Positions 1 through 10,729 of a DNA stretch of 49,818 nt are shown here, in pieces. A program made the translations under genes and the position numbers. The stretch covers positions 1 to 49,818 of the forward strand of contig LJUH01000001.1 of assembly GCA_001303765.1 (NCBI GenBank), read 5' to 3'. The stretch comes from Chlamydiae bacterium SM23_39. Its GTDB lineage: Bacteria > Chlamydiota > Chlamydiia > Chlamydiales > SM23-39. Position 1 is the first letter of the stretch. Every line of letters begins with the position of its first letter. Under the pieces are notes generated by a model that saw only the letters and a list, made by a program, of their open reading frames with translations, did not search any database and was not told where the DNA came from.

Positions 1-99
1 CATGAGAAAAAAGCCTTTTTTTAAAGGTTAATATATTGCACTATAGCAATTTATAAGGTTTTTTTCTCATTTTTTTTTATTTTTCATGAAATATTCGGG
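1..99 (+). repeat. Left arm of a 99-bp perfect inverted repeat. It is a copy of an internal 5' segment of an IS5-like transposase gene; the partner arm is 49715..49813.
   Basis: I reverse-complemented 1..99 by hand and it is identical base for base to 49715..49813. Identity stops at 100 versus 49714 (t versus t, non-complementary). On this side the window edge limits how far it could extend. Confidence 0.9.
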
Positions 100-404
100 T
101 TAATATCTTGAAGATATAAATTCCCAAGCTCTTTTTCCCACCATTGAAGATGTCCTCTTTTTACAACAGAAACTTTTTGTTCTTTAAAATATCTTTCAAT
201 AGCTTCTTTAAAAGTATGCCGTTTAGATTCAGAATATATTTGATGCCTACCTGCTCTAATATCCGATTCAATCCTTTGTATCCAACGTTTAGCATCGGTC
301 TTTCTACCAAATGTTGCAGTTAATGTTTTATAACCTCTCAACCTTATTTCTCCTTGAAACCGAATATTGCCATCTTTAAGAATCCTTTTTCTAATATACC
401 CCAT
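84..404 (-). pseudogene. Phage-type tyrosine recombinase (integrase), N-terminal fragment of about 106 aa, truncated at the repeat junction
   Basis: From ATG 404 the translation is MGYIRKRILKDGNIRFQGEIRLRGYKTLTATFGRKTDAKRWIQRIESDIRAGRH...FKEAIERYF, a typical integrase N-terminal arm-binding/SAM-like region. The catalytic domain is absent. The reading frame runs into the 99-bp repeat at position 99 and stops at 84. It lies just 3' of tRNA-Phe on the same strand. Confidence 0.6.
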
Positions 405-626
405 TTTTTTACTCCTTTTACCGCATCCAAGATTGTTAGTCCTTGAGAAAAACAATCTTATCTACTAAATTCCAACTTATTAAGGAGTGTTAATGCTAAT
501 GCCGTAATTATGATGTAATAGCCACTCCAAATCCAGCTTCAAAAAAATAATTGAAGCCATATGTGGGCTATTTAAAGAAATCTAGTATTGCGGCAATACT
601 ACGGGATTTCAGGTTTAAAAAACATA

Positions 627-699
<73 letters not shown>

Positions 700-741
700 A
701 AAAAATACAAGATATTAATAAAAGATAATTTTTGCAAGATT

Positions 742-2730
742 TTATTTTGCCTTAGAAAATTCTTCATTTAAACGATATCTAGAATAGATATCTAAAAAGA
801 TCATATCTTTCATAATCCTTAAAGCTTCTTTCATTTGAAAATCCAAATCTATTTTTTTATCTTTTGAGTTAATCTTTTCTATATAATCTTTATATTCTTC
901 ATCATTTTCCAATCTATAAGCACTATTTTTCTGTAGAATTGGCACCATTTTTTTCCAATAGGTAACAACTTTTTGAAGATAAGGAAGATAATTTATTTGA
1001 AATATTCTTTTAAGTTTAGGCTCCAAATCTTTCAGGTTATCATAAAAAACAGCTTCCACTTTTTCTGATGGCAAAGAATATTTTAAATATTTTTCTCCTA
1101 TTCTATACGATGAATAGATAGAAGGCACAACAATATCTGATTTTACTCCATCTACTTGGGTAGATCTACCCGAAGGAGTAAAATATTTTCCAACAGTTAC
1201 TTTAAAAAAATATTTGGATTCCTTATCTGTAACAGTTTGATACTGAATAGTTCCTTTACCAAATGTTCTATCATCACCTACTACTATTCCAACACCATAA
1301 TCTTGAAGAGCTTGTGCAACTATTTCTGATGCTGATGCTGACACCTTAGAAGTTAAAATAATTAAAGGACCATTATAATAGCTTTTTCCATTTAAATTTC
1401 TTAAATATCTTATTTCATTATTAGAATATTTTGAAATAGCTACTATTCCATTTTTTAAAAAAATACCCGCTACCTCTATAGCTTGTTTTAAAAAACCACC
1501 CGAATTTTCTCTTAAATCTAAAATAATTCCTTGTAAATCTCCTTTTTGCTTCAATATACTTATAGCTTTTTTAATATCTTTAGAACAACTTATGCCATTT
1601 GAATTTTCATAAAAAGCTTTTAAAACAAGTTTTCCAATAATACCTTCTCCAAAAGGTTCAAAAGAAAAGCTAACTCTTTCACATGACATCTCTATAGCTC
1701 TTGACTGCAGAGTAATATAAAATATCTTTTCATTTCTTTTTAATCCAAGAGAGATCTGTCCATTCTTTCTCTCTCTCATAATTTTTAAAACCTCTTCAAA
1801 TGGAGTCTCTTCAATGTTTTTATCATTTATAAAAACTATAATATCTCCCTTTTTTATTTGTTTTGAATCTTCAGCAGGACTTTTTTTTATTAAATCAAAA
1901 ATCATAACTCCTTCTATTGTTTCAGTAAGAACAACTCCTATCCCTTCAAATTCTTTTTCTAAATTAGCTCTTATCTCTCTGGCTTCCTCGTTAGTAAAAA
2001 AAGAAGTATGAATATCTAAACTTTTAGCAAAAGCTTTTAAAAACTGCAGTACAAAAAAATGCTCTCCTTTTTCCTTCATGGATAAATATCTATTTTCTAT
2101 CCTATTTTTTTTTCTATTATAAAGATCAAAAAGCTTTTCCATTTTTTTTTCGGAATCTATATTAACTATTTTTTGATGCTCTAAATAAAAATTTTTAAAT
2201 TCTTCTATCTGTCTCTGAAAAAGTTCTTTTTTATTATTAACAAAAAAAGAATTGGTTTTAGAATTTTTTTTTTTTAGGTTATTATCTTCTAAAAGATCTC
2301 TCAAATTCTTTTTTATTAAAAGACGATTTTTTTGAGCTCTTTTGATAGCTTTAAATATAGAATTATTTAAAACAAAAAAATCTGAAAAATCTTCTTTTTG
2401 AATATTACTGATAATTTTTTTTATTTTTTTTTCATCTAAATCCAAAAAAGATATCAACTCTTTTTTTAAAAAATATCTTTTTTCAAAATCAAACTCTTCA
2501 ACATATATTTTAAATATTCTCTTTAAAATTTTAGGAGCCAAAATTTTATTTTCTATATGATATTCAAAAAGTTCTTCCATAACTTTTTTTATATCTTTAA
2601 TATTATAGTTCTCTTCCCCAAATAAAAATGATATTTTTAATAAAAAAATTAATAAAAAAAACAAGGGGGTATAAAAAAACCTAGGACTACTTTTAACACT
2701 ACCAAACTTAGCGTCGTAAGCTTCGTCCAT
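742..2730 (-). CDS. Tail-specific (C-terminal processing) protease, S41 family with PDZ domain, chlamydial Tsp type
   Basis: 662 aa with an N-terminal hydrophobic segment. It has a PDZ-like region (GIGVVLTE...GVMIFDLIKKSPAE...GDIIVFIN) and an S41 core (LDLRENSGGFL...SASASEIVAQALQDYGVGIVVGDDRTFGKGTIQ). Confidence 0.85.
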   Translation of the reverse strand: MDEAYDAKFGSVKSSPRFFYTPLFFLLIFLLKISFLFGEENYNIKDIKKVMEELFEYHIENKILAPKILKRIFKIYVEEFDFEKRYFLKKELISFLDLDEKKIKKIISNIQKEDFSDFFVLNNSIFKAIKRAQKNRLLIKKNLRDLLEDNNLKKKNSKTNSFFVNNKKELFQRQIEEFKNFYLEHQKIVNIDSEKKMEKLFDLYNRKKNRIENRYLSMKEKGEHFFVLQFLKAFAKSLDIHTSFFTNEEAREIRANLEKEFEGIGVVLTETIEGVMIFDLIKKSPAEDSKQIKKGDIIVFINDKNIEETPFEEVLKIMRERKNGQISLGLKRNEKIFYITLQSRAIEMSCERVSFSFEPFGEGIIGKLVLKAFYENSNGISCSKDIKKAISILKQKGDLQGIILDLRENSGGFLKQAIEVAGIFLKNGIVAISKYSNNEIRYLRNLNGKSYYNGPLIILTSKVSASASEIVAQALQDYGVGIVVGDDRTFGKGTIQYQTVTDKESKYFFKVTVGKYFTPSGRSTQVDGVKSDIVVPSIYSSYRIGEKYLKYSLPSEKVEAVFYDNLKDLEPKLKRIFQINYLPYLQKVVTYWKKMVPILQKNSAYRLENDEEYKDYIEKINSKDKKIDLDFQMKEALRIMKDMIFLDIYSRYRLNEEFSKAK

Positions 2731-2936
2731 ATTTTATGCCCCCTAAGTGAATTATAGTATTATTTTAATTATCTAAACAAGTTTTATTTGATTTAATTAT
2801 TAAAAAATCATTTTAATTTGATTTAATTGGTTAATTTGTAAAACTTTATTTAATAATTTTATTTTTGCCATTTTATAAATAGTTTTTGCAAAAAAAATCT
2901 ATTCCATTTATATTTTTTATAATTTAGGAGAAAATT

Positions 2937-3308
2937 ATGCCGACTATTAACCAGTTAATAAAAAAAAAGAGAAAAACACCTATAAAAAGAAAAAAATCCC
3001 CAGCTTTAAAAAAGTGCCCTCAAAGAAGAGGAGTTTGTATTCAAGTAAAAACAAAAACCCCTAAAAAACCTAATTCTGCTCTTAGAAAAGTCGCATGGAT
3101 ACGCTTATCTAATGGGGAAGAAATAATAGCTTACATTCCAGGTATTGGACATAATTTACAAGAACATAGCATAGTTCTAGTAAGAGGAGGAAGGGTTAAA
3201 GATCTTCCTGGTGTGAGATATCATATAATAAGAGGTGCATTAGATTGCGCTGCTGTGCAAAATAGACTTCAAAGTAGATCTAAATATGGAGCAAAAAAAC
3301 CTAAATAA
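2937..3308 (+). CDS. rpsL: 30S ribosomal protein S12
   Basis: MPTINQLI...[21 protein letters not shown]...[30 protein letters not shown], unmistakable S12. Confidence 0.98.
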   Translation: MPTINQLIKKKRKTPIKRKKSPALKKCPQRRGVCIQVKTKTPKKPNSALRKVAWIRLSNGEEIIAYIPGIGHNLQEHSIVLVRGGRVKDLPGVRYHIIRGALDCAAVQNRLQSRSKYGAKKPK

Positions 3309-3319
3309 AGGAATTAAAA

Positions 3320-3790
3320 ATGTCTAGAAGAAGAAAAGCAGAAAAAAGAAAAATACCGCCTGATCCAATTTATAATAATGCTAATATAGCTAAATTTATA
3401 AATTGTCTTATGAAAAAAGGAAAAAAATCTTTAGCTCAAAAAATAGTTTATCAAGCTTTAGAATTATTTGCTAAAAAGGTAAAAATAGATAATCCAATGA
3501 AAGCTTTTGAACAAGCTTTGGAAAATGCAAAACCCTCATTACAAGTTAAATCTCGTAGAATTGGAGGAGCTACCTACCAAGTTCCTATGGAAGTCCCTCC
3601 TAATAAAAAACTCTATTTAGCAACTCGATGGATCATTCAAAATGCTAAATCAAAAAAGGGCAAATCTATGCTTGATGGGTTAATTTTAGAACTTACTGAT
3701 TGTTATAATAATCAAGGAGCTACTATAAAGAAAAAAGAAGAATTACACAAAATGGCAGAAGCAAATAAAGCTTTTGCACATTACAAATGA
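3320..3790 (+). CDS. rpsG: 30S ribosomal protein S7
   Basis: 156 aa with SRRIGGATYQVPMEV...RWII motifs, in str-operon position after rpsL. It ends in TGA, showing that TGA is a stop codon in this genome. Confidence 0.97.
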   Translation: MSRRRKAEKRKIPPDPIYNNANIAKFINCLMKKGKKSLAQKIVYQALELFAKKVKIDNPMKAFEQALENAKPSLQVKSRRIGGATYQVPMEVPPNKKLYLATRWIIQNAKSKKGKSMLDGLILELTDCYNNQGATIKKKEELHKMAEANKAFAHYK

Positions 3791-3801
3791 TAAGGTAAAA
3801 C

Positions 3802-5889
3802 ATGGCAAAAAGAGCAGAAACAGATAAAATAGAAAATGTTAGAAATATTGGGATAATGGCTCATATTGATGCTGGAAAGACAACAGCAACTGAAAGAATA
3901 TTATATTACTCTGGAAAATCTTATAAAATAGGAGAAGTTCATGAGGGTGCTGCCATAATGGATTTTATGGAACAAGAGCAAGAAAGAGGAATAACGATAA
4001 CCTCTGCAGCAACAACTATATATTGGAAAAACCATAAGATAAATATAATAGATACTCCAGGACACGTAGATTTTACAATAGAAGTTGAGAGATCTTTAAG
4101 GGTATTGGATGGTGCAGTTGCAATTTTTTGTGGAGTAGCTGGAGTACAACCACAATCTGAGACAGTATGGAGGCAAGCAGATAGTTATAAAGTTCCAAAA
4201 ATAGCTTTTATAAACAAACTAGATAGAATAGGATCTGATTTTTCCCAAGCTTTACAATCTATGAAAGAAAAATTAAAAGCTAATGCCATAGCTGTGCAAT
4301 GTCCAATAGGTTCCGAAGCAAATTTTAAAGGAGTAGTAGATCTTATCTCTATGAAAGCTCATATATTCAAAGAGGAAACATTAGGTGTAGAATATACAAC
4401 AGAAGAGATCCCTCCAGATTTAATAGAAAAATGTAAAAAAATGAGAATATTACTATTAGAAGAGTTAGCCACAATAGATGAAAAAAATGAAAATTTTTTA
4501 AATAAAGTTTTAGAAGATCCAGATTCAATAACACCTGAAGAGATAGATCCTATAATAAGAAAAGCTGTTTGTGATAATAAACTAAATCCTGTTCTTTGTG
4601 GAAGTGCTTTTAAAAATAAGGGCATACAGCAACTTTTAAATGCTATTATAAAATGGATGCCTTCTCCTTTAGATAGAGGGATTATTAAAGGTATAGATGA
4701 TAAAAATCAAGAGATAGTATTAGAACCAAAAGATGACAGCCCTCTTTCTGCTTTAGCATTCAAAATAATGACAGACCCATATGTTGGGCGTTTAACATTT
4801 TTAAGAATCTATTCAGGAACGTTAGAAAAAGGAAAAACTATAATAAACATATCTAAAGATAAAAAAGAGAGGATTTCTAGACTTTTAGAGATGCATGCAA
4901 ACCAAAGATATGATAGAGATGCTTTTTTTACTGGAGATATAGCAGCATGTATAGGACTTAAATATTCTGCTACAGGAGATTCTCTTTGTTCAGAAAATAC
5001 CCCTATCTTCTTAGAAAAGATGAGATTTCCTGAACCTGTGATCTCTATGGCTATAGAACCAAAATCTAAAGCTGGCAGAGAAAAATTGTCACAAGCCTTA
5101 AGTGCTCTTTCCGAAGAAGATCCCACTTTTAGAATACAAACAAATATAGAGACTGGACAAACAATAATTTCAGGGATGGGAGAGTTGCATTTAGAAATTT
5201 TAAAAGATAGAATGTTAAGAGAATTTAAAGTTGATGCTAATGTAGGAAAACCACAAGTTTCATATAAAGAAACAATAACAACAACAACAAAATCTGAAAC
5301 TAAATTTATAAAACAAACAGGAGGAAGAGGTCAATATGCTCATGTAGTTTTAGAAATAGAACCAAATGAAAGAGGAAAAGGCAATGAAATTATAAATAAA
5401 ATAGTAGGAGGTGTTATTCCTAAAGAATATATCCCCGCCACTATAAAAGGAATAGAAGAGGGATTAGCTACTGGCATTTTAGCAGGATATAATATTATAG
5501 ATACAAAAGTAAAAATAGTATTTGGATCTTATCATGATGTAGATTCTAGTGAAATGGCTTTTAAAATATGTGGTTCTATGGCTATAAAAGAAGCTGCTAA
5601 AAAATGTTCTCCAATACTTTTAGAACCTATAATGATTGTTGTAATTACAACACCTGAAGAATATTTAGGAGATATTATTGGTGATGTCAATAGAAGAAGA
5701 GGTAAAATAATAGGACAAAGCTTAAAAAATAATATATCAACAATAGAGACAGAGGTGCCTATTAGCGAAATGTTCGGATACTCAACTCAACTAAGGTCTC
5801 TATCTTCAGGAAGAGCAATATTTTCTATGGAACCTTCACATTTTGAAAGAGTTCCTTTAAAAATACAAGAAGAAATAATCAAAAAATAA
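3802..5889 (+). CDS. fusA: Elongation factor G
   Basis: 695 aa with [26 protein letters not shown] GTPase motifs and EF-G domains II-V. Confidence 0.98.
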   Translation: MAKRAETDKIENVRNIGIMAHIDAGKTTATERILYYSGKSYKIGEVHEGAAIMDFMEQEQERGITITSAATTIYWKNHKINIIDTPGHVDFTIEVERSLRVLDGAVAIFCGVAGVQPQSETVWRQADSYKVPKIAFINKLDRIGSDFSQALQSMKEKLKANAIAVQCPIGSEANFKGVVDLISMKAHIFKEETLGVEYTTEEIPPDLIEKCKKMRILLLEELATIDEKNENFLNKVLEDPDSITPEEIDPIIRKAVCDNKLNPVLCGSAFKNKGIQQLLNAIIKWMPSPLDRGIIKGIDDKNQEIVLEPKDDSPLSALAFKIMTDPYVGRLTFLRIYSGTLEKGKTIINISKDKKERISRLLEMHANQRYDRDAFFTGDIAACIGLKYSATGDSLCSENTPIFLEKMRFPEPVISMAIEPKSKAGREKLSQALSALSEEDPTFRIQTNIETGQTIISGMGELHLEILKDRMLREFKVDANVGKPQVSYKETITTTTKSETKFIKQTGGRGQYAHVVLEIEPNERGKGNEIINKIVGGVIPKEYIPATIKGIEEGLATGILAGYNIIDTKVKIVFGSYHDVDSSEMAFKICGSMAIKEAAKKCSPILLEPIMIVVITTPEEYLGDIIGDVNRRRGKIIGQSLKNNISTIETEVPISEMFGYSTQLRSLSSGRAIFSMEPSHFERVPLKIQEEIIKK

Positions 5890-5897
5890 AGGATAGT

Positions 5898-6221
5898 ATG
5901 GCTAAAAAAGAAAGAGGTAAAATTAGGATAAGATTAAAAGCTTATGATGCAAGGCTTTTGGATAGAGCTACTTTAGATATTGTTGAGACAGCTAAAAGAA
6001 CAGGAGCTAGAGTAATAGGACCAATCCCTTTACCTACAAAAAGAGAGATATATACTGTTTTAAGATCTCCTCACGTAGATAAAAAATCTAGAGAACAATT
6101 TGAAATTAGAACACATATTCGTTTAATAGATCTTTTAAACCCCACAGCTGATACAATAGATAAATTAAAAGATCTACCAATTGCAGCTGGAATAGATATT
6201 AAAATAAAAGCAGCTTCTTAG
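5898..6221 (+). CDS. rpsJ: 30S ribosomal protein S10
   Basis: 107 aa with IRIRLKAYD...[34 protein letters not shown]. Confidence 0.96.
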   Translation: MAKKERGKIRIRLKAYDARLLDRATLDIVETAKRTGARVIGPIPLPTKREIYTVLRSPHVDKKSREQFEIRTHIRLIDLLNPTADTIDKLKDLPIAAGIDIKIKAAS

Positions 6222-6556
6222 GCTTTTTCAGAAGTTTGCATATCATAAGCATTTCTATCGAAAACAGGAAAAGGTGGTTTTTCGAAAACCATTTTTTTTG
6301 AAATAATTTTATTATTTTCTAATATAAAAAGGTATCTTCTTATTTCTATAATTCTTCCAGCAGAATAAATGGTTTCTAAATATTCATATTCCATTTGATT
6401 ACTTTCCAACTTTTTAATAAAATTTGGTTTTCCTGCTTTTTTTATTAAAACTTTTTCAGTGGTACCAACAGAAATATCCCCAAAAATATCTTGAGTCATT
6501 GTTTTATGACCAACCGCACATGAAATAAACATTAAAAAAATAAAATACTTTTTCAT
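6218..6556 (-). CDS. Small lipoprotein, possibly BamE/SmpA-OmlA-like
   Basis: It has a signal peptide with a lipobox-like [24 protein letters not shown]...YEY...ILENNKII resembles the BamE fold pattern. Assigned from motif memory only. Its stop overlaps the rpsJ stop by 4 nt in convergent orientation. Confidence 0.35.
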   Translation of the reverse strand: MKKYFIFLMFISCAVGHKTMTQDIFGDISVGTTEKVLIKKAGKPNFIKKLESNQMEYEYLETIYSAGRIIEIRRYLFILENNKIISKKMVFEKPPFPVFDRNAYDMQTSEKA

Positions 6557-6569
6557 TTTTTACACCCTT

Positions 6570-7019
6570 TTAAGATTTTTTCTTAGGAGTAATCCATATC
6601 TTTCCATCTATCTGAGTACGAAATTGGTCAGTTGTTACATATTCCGCATGCATTAAATAGCTTCCATCTTTTTGTAAATAATATGTTTCATAACCCTCAA
6701 AATTCAACCCATTATCTCTAAACTCCCATGCTATCAACTTATCATCATAAATTCCATATCCTATCACTTTTCCAATAGAAAGATTTTCCATCTCAACATT
6801 AAAACTTTTCATAGTAAAATCATAAAAACTAAGTTCATTTTTCATATTCTCAGAGATCCCATCTATTTGAATTTCCTGTGTAGCTTGAATATTTCCTGCA
6901 GAATCATTTTTTTTTACCATCCATTTAGTAAAAAAAACAAGGTTTTCTTCTACCATATTCAAAGTTACATTTCCCTCTCCCATCCAAATGTTAGGATTAA
7001 AAATAAATAAATGTTTCAT
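6570..7019 (-). CDS. Hypothetical protein (149 aa from ATG 7019)
   Basis: Long ORF in the rodA-family operon. ATG 7019..7017 shares one base with the upstream gene's TGA (TGATG). The track's first codon at 7022 is TTG. I recognise no family. Confidence 0.5.
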   Translation of the reverse strand: MKHLFIFNPNIWMGEGNVTLNMVEENLVFFTKWMVKKNDSAGNIQATQEIQIDGISENMKNELSFYDFTMKSFNVEMENLSIGKVIGYGIYDDKLIAWEFRDNGLNFEGYETYYLQKDGSYLMHAEYVTTDQFRTQIDGKIWITPKKKS

Positions 7020-8140
7020 CAAAACATAAACCTTCTAGCATATATATTTTGTAAAATACCCATAGCAACCATTGCTGTCACTACAGAACTTCCTCCATAA
7101 GTTATAAAAATAAGAGGAACACCCGATATCGGTAAAAACCCACACATCATTGCTATATTTATAATAATATGCATTATAAAATAAACTGCAATACCTGATG
7201 CTAAAAGTTTTCCAAAATAATCCTTTGTCACTCTTACCACTTTAAGACTAGAATGGATTATAAAATAAAATAAAAAAAGCAAAAAAACTATTCCCAAAAA
7301 TCCAAATTCCTCTGCATAAGCTGCAAAAATAGAATCTGTATATGATGCAGGAAGCCATCTTTTTGAAGCAAATTCTCCTTTCTTCCATCCAGTTCCAACC
7401 AAACCTCCTATAGCAATAGATATCTGCACAGATTTATGATGATAGGTATTAGGATTTAATCTCTCATATTGATATTCTTTAAAAAAAGGAGAAAAAAAAG
7501 GTCTCATTTTATTATGAGAAAAAATACCGATAAACATTAAAAAAATAACACTAAAAAAAATCAAACCAAAAACTAAAAACACCCTTAACAATTTTTTATT
7601 AATATCACCAAAATAACACATAACTAATGTAATAGGATATAAAATCAAAGCTGTTCCAAGATCTGGTTGATTTAATATTAAAAAAAAGGGAATACCGCTT
7701 ATTATTAAAATTTTAGAAGAAGACTTAAAAGATAAAATATTTTCTCTATTTTTTTCTAAAAACCATCCTAAACAAACAATAATAATCAATTTTGTATATT
7801 CAGATGGTTGAAAGCTTACATTTAAAAAGGGAAGTCTATACCATCTATGCACTTTATGAATAGGTTCTATAAAATATATTCCTAAAAGAAAAAATACCAT
7901 CACTAAATACAGTAAAAAAGAAAACTCCTTTAATTTTCTATAATCCCATCCAGCAAAGAAAAAAAAAGCTATCCATCCTAAAAAAAAAGCTGTCATCTGT
8001 CTTTTAACAAAAAAGGTAAAAAAAATATCTTCTTTTGTTCCTGTCATAGATGATATAACTAAAAAACTAATAACCATCAAAAGAGTTAATACAAATACTA
8101 ATTTATAATCTATTCTTAAAAGATATTTATGATTCCACAT
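7019..8140 (-). CDS. SEDS-family peptidoglycan glycosyltransferase (RodA/FtsW/SpoVE family)
   Basis: 373 aa and polytopic. It carries QPDLGTAL, TDSIFAAYAEEFGFLG and LPISGVPLIFITYGGSS, the characteristic SEDS motifs. I cannot separate RodA from FtsW from sequence alone. Confidence 0.85.
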   Translation of the reverse strand: MWNHKYLLRIDYKLVFVLTLLMVISFLVISSMTGTKEDIFFTFFVKRQMTAFFLGWIAFFFFAGWDYRKLKEFSFLLYLVMVFFLLGIYFIEPIHKVHRWYRLPFLNVSFQPSEYTKLIIIVCLGWFLEKNRENILSFKSSSKILIISGIPFFLILNQPDLGTALILYPITLVMCYFGDINKKLLRVFLVFGLIFFSVIFLMFIGIFSHNKMRPFFSPFFKEYQYERLNPNTYHHKSVQISIAIGGLVGTGWKKGEFASKRWLPASYTDSIFAAYAEEFGFLGIVFLLFLFYFIIHSSLKVVRVTKDYFGKLLASGIAVYFIMHIIINIAMMCGFLPISGVPLIFITYGGSSVVTAMVAMGILQNIYARRFMF

Positions 8141-8275
8141 AATTCATTACATTATTCCGCATCCTTTTTAACTTTCTCATTACCCGATTTCTTCCTCAAG
8201 ATTTTTTTCTCAATTTTTCTAAAACTTATTTAAACAAACATAGATTTTAAAAATTTTTCAATATAAACTTTAACT

Positions 8276-9010
8276 ATGTTAAATCTAAAAATAGTTAATA
8301 TTTTTTTAAATAAAATAACTTCTACCCAAAAATGGGCAGAAAAAAAAGAAGATACTTTTGATAAAAGTCTTATCACCTGTATAACAGCTAAAGAACAAAC
8401 TGAGGGTATAGGCAGATTTAATAAAAAATGGATATCTCCTACTGGCAATCTTTATTCCACATTTTATTTCCAACTACCTATAAATATTCAACATATTTAT
8501 TCAATAGGAATTATTTTAGCTATAAGCTTAGCAACTATTCTTAAAAAAAAAGGATTAGATATAAAAATAAAATGGCCTAATGATCTCTTATTAAACAACA
8601 AAAAAATAGCAGGGATATTATGTAATATAAAAAACACTGATGATAGCTATGCTATTTTTTTAGGTATTGGAATAAATCTTAATATGGATAAAAAATATTT
8701 TTCTCTAACAGACCAACCCATCTCTTCTTTAAAAAATGAAACAAAAAAAAATTGGAATATTAAAAAAACACTTATAGAACTACAAAATCAATTTTTAAAA
8801 AATTTAAAAATTTTTTTAAAAAAAGGATTTTTACCCTTCCATAAAAATTTTGAAAAATTTTTATCTCACAAAAATAAAAATATCTATTTTTCTTTTGGAA
8901 AAAAATTTTTTTCAGGTAAAATTTATAAAATAAATGAAGATGGTTCTTTAACCTTAAAATTAAAATCCAATAAATTAAAAACCTTTTATTCAGGAGAAAT
9001 TATTTATTAA
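8276..9010 (+). CDS. birA: Biotin--[acetyl-CoA-carboxylase] ligase, no N-terminal HTH (group I type)
   Basis: TAKEQTEGIGRFNKKWISPTGNLYSTFYF plus KWPNDLLLNNKKIAGIL...GIGINLN match the BirA catalytic core. Confidence 0.75.
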   Translation: MLNLKIVNIFLNKITSTQKWAEKKEDTFDKSLITCITAKEQTEGIGRFNKKWISPTGNLYSTFYFQLPINIQHIYSIGIILAISLATILKKKGLDIKIKWPNDLLLNNKKIAGILCNIKNTDDSYAIFLGIGINLNMDKKYFSLTDQPISSLKNETKKNWNIKKTLIELQNQFLKNLKIFLKKGFLPFHKNFEKFLSHKNKNIYFSFGKKFFSGKIYKINEDGSLTLKLKSNKLKTFYSGEIIY

Positions 9011-9678
9011 ATTTTTTCCCATCTATTTTTTTCATATAAATAAATAAGAGGCTCTCCAGTAGGTATCTCTAAATTAACCACCTCTTCTTCCGATAATTCA
9101 TCCAAATACATCACAATAGCTCTTAAAGAATTACCATGAGCAGATACAAAAACATTTTTTTTATTTTTTAAAAAGGGAACTATCTCTTTTTTAAAATAAG
9201 GAAGCGTTCTCTTCGCTGTCATCTCAAGACTCTCTCCTCCTGGAGGTGCTGTCTTATAACTTCTTCTCCAAAGCTTCACCTGTTCTTTCCCATATTTTTT
9301 CCTCATCTCATCCTTATTTAATCCCTGTAATTTGCCATACATCCTTTCATTTAAATGCCAAGATTTATAAATAGGAATACAATTTTTTTTACTATATTTA
9401 GAATATATCTTACTCCATTCTCCTGTTTTTCCTTTTTCTAAATGTAAAAATAGAGGTATCTTACCCTCCTTATGATAAAGCATAGCTAAAAACAGGGTAA
9501 GATGAGCTCTTACAAGAGTAGAAGTAAAGATAACATCTATATGAATATCTTTAATCTTCTTACCCCCTTCTATAGCTTCCTGCATCCCTTTTTCTGAAAG
9601 AGGGACATCTACCCATCCAGTAAAAAGATTAAGTTTATTCCATATAGACTCCCCATGACGCATTAAAATCAACTTCAT
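9007..9678 (-). CDS. gpmA: 2,3-bisphosphoglycerate-dependent phosphoglycerate mutase
   Basis: LILMRHGESIWNKLNLFTGWVDVPLSEKG...LNERMYG.LQG...SAHGNSLRA, histidine phosphatase dPGM signature. Confidence 0.9.
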   Translation of the reverse strand: MKLILMRHGESIWNKLNLFTGWVDVPLSEKGMQEAIEGGKKIKDIHIDVIFTSTLVRAHLTLFLAMLYHKEGKIPLFLHLEKGKTGEWSKIYSKYSKKNCIPIYKSWHLNERMYGKLQGLNKDEMRKKYGKEQVKLWRRSYKTAPPGGESLEMTAKRTLPYFKKEIVPFLKNKKNVFVSAHGNSLRAIVMYLDELSEEEVVNLEIPTGEPLIYLYEKNRWEKI

Positions 9679-9720
9679 AAAAAGTATCCTTTTTTACTAT
9701 AATAATTACTTAAAAATATT

Positions 9721-10422
9721 ATGCAAAGGTTAAGTAAAATTTTAGTATCTAGAGGCATAGCTTCCAGAAGAAAATGTGAAGAGATAATTAAAAACAACAG
9801 AGTAAAAGTAAATAATCAATTAATAACTCTTCCTCAATTTATGGTAGATGAAAAAAAAGATTTAATAGAGTTAGATAATATAAAAATTTCTAAAAAGGAA
9901 AAAAAAGTTTATTACATACTTAATAAGCCAGCAGGATATTTATCAACCAACTGTCCTTATACTAAAAAGAAAAAAGTAATAGACCTCTTCCCCAAAAAAC
10001 CTAGAATATTTACTGTTGGAAGACTAGATAAAAACAGCAAGGGTTTATTAATAATTACAAATGATGGGTATCTTGCTCATAAAATAATGCATCCCTCATC
10101 AAATATAGAAAAGGAATATTTAGTTTATACAGAACAAAAGATAACTTCTAAACATACAAAAATTATATCCAAAGGAATAATTATTAAAAACAGGATTATA
10201 AAACCAGTATCTTTAAAAAAGATCTCTTTTAACAGTGTATCGATAATTGTAAAAGAGGGGAAAAAACATGAGATTAGATTATTTTTAAAAAATGCTAATT
10301 TAAAGGTAAAAGATTTAATAAGAATAAGGATTGGTTTTTTAAAATTAAAAAATTTAAAAGAAGGAGAATATAGAAATATGACTAAAAAGGAAATCGATAA
10401 ATTTTTATTTTTTATTCCATAA
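9721..10422 (+). CDS. rRNA pseudouridine synthase, RsuA/RluB family (S4 domain plus catalytic domain)
   Basis: MQRLSKILVSRGIASRRKCEEII (S4), GRLDKNSKGLLIITNDG (catalytic Asp motif) and KEY.V. Confidence 0.85.
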   Translation: MQRLSKILVSRGIASRRKCEEIIKNNRVKVNNQLITLPQFMVDEKKDLIELDNIKISKKEKKVYYILNKPAGYLSTNCPYTKKKKVIDLFPKKPRIFTVGRLDKNSKGLLIITNDGYLAHKIMHPSSNIEKEYLVYTEQKITSKHTKIISKGIIIKNRIIKPVSLKKISFNSVSIIVKEGKKHEIRLFLKNANLKVKDLIRIRIGFLKLKNLKEGEYRNMTKKEIDKFLFFIP

Positions 10423-10534
10423 AAATAGTTACAATACTATTTTACGTGTACCTAAAACAAATAAGCAGAAAAATAGAAAAAAGTGCTTGGAACATTCAAA
10501 ATCTTTAATTGAAATTTTTTTTCAAATATTTTAA

Positions 10535-10698
10535 AAAAATTTTACAAGAGAAAAATTATTAGCAGAAGCTCATGGAGGCATTTCTTTTTTAGCGAAAGAA
10601 CAGATCTTAATAGAGAAAGTTTGTATGGAACTTTATCATTTCAAGGAAATACTACTATAATTAATCTTTTTCATATGCTTAATAATCTTGGACTATAA
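10535..10698 (+). pseudogene. HigA-family antitoxin (addiction-module antidote, HTH) remnant, frameshifted and without a start codon
   Basis: Two frames together read ...EKLLAEAHGGISFLAKE / TDLNRESLYGTLSFQGNTTIINLFHMLNNLGL*. This matches the C-terminal pattern of HigA-type antitoxins (G.sRE.LYkaLs..GNP....l..vl.aLGL). No partner toxin gene is visible. Confidence 0.45.
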
Positions 10699-10729
10699 TT
10701 AAAAAGGCCTCTGCACGATTAAAGAAATT

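Noticed and set aside
516-620. Palindrome tagtattgc-g-gcaatacta (about 583..601) between the integrase fragment and tRNA-Phe, considered as an att core or terminator
   Set aside because: A one-base centre gives no viable loop, and only 8 bp can pair with a 3-nt loop. No second copy was found in the window to support an att role.
1814-2011. Short ORFs on the strand opposite to long, well-supported genes. They are 1814..2011, 4359..4625, 4809..5126, 8230..8448, 10803..11018, 12566..12763, 13775..13960, 18238..18426, 19412..19645, 22380..22583, 23401..23658, 25133..25381, 25853..26041, 26207..26434, 27627..27959, 28979..29197, 42860..43048, 43360..43554, 44492..44701 and 49285..49518.
   Set aside because: Each lies entirely or mostly within, or antisense to, a gene with strong family motifs. 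Their translations are low-complexity (Ser/Phe/Ile-rich) with no recognisable motif. Such shadow ORFs are expected by chance in AT-rich DNA.
2786-2828. A 13-bp direct repeat, atttgatttaatt, at 2786..2798 and 2816..2828 upstream of rpsL, considered as a possible operator or UP-like element
   Set aside because: It is pure A/T-rich sequence in an intergenic region that is almost entirely A/T. Chance recurrence is likely and I have no independent support.
10422-10443. Hairpin aaaatagt-tacaat-actatttt just after the pseudouridine synthase stop, considered as a terminator
   Set aside because: The stem is 8 bp of nearly pure A/T pairs (only one G-C pair) with no following T-run, so it is energetically too weak to call.
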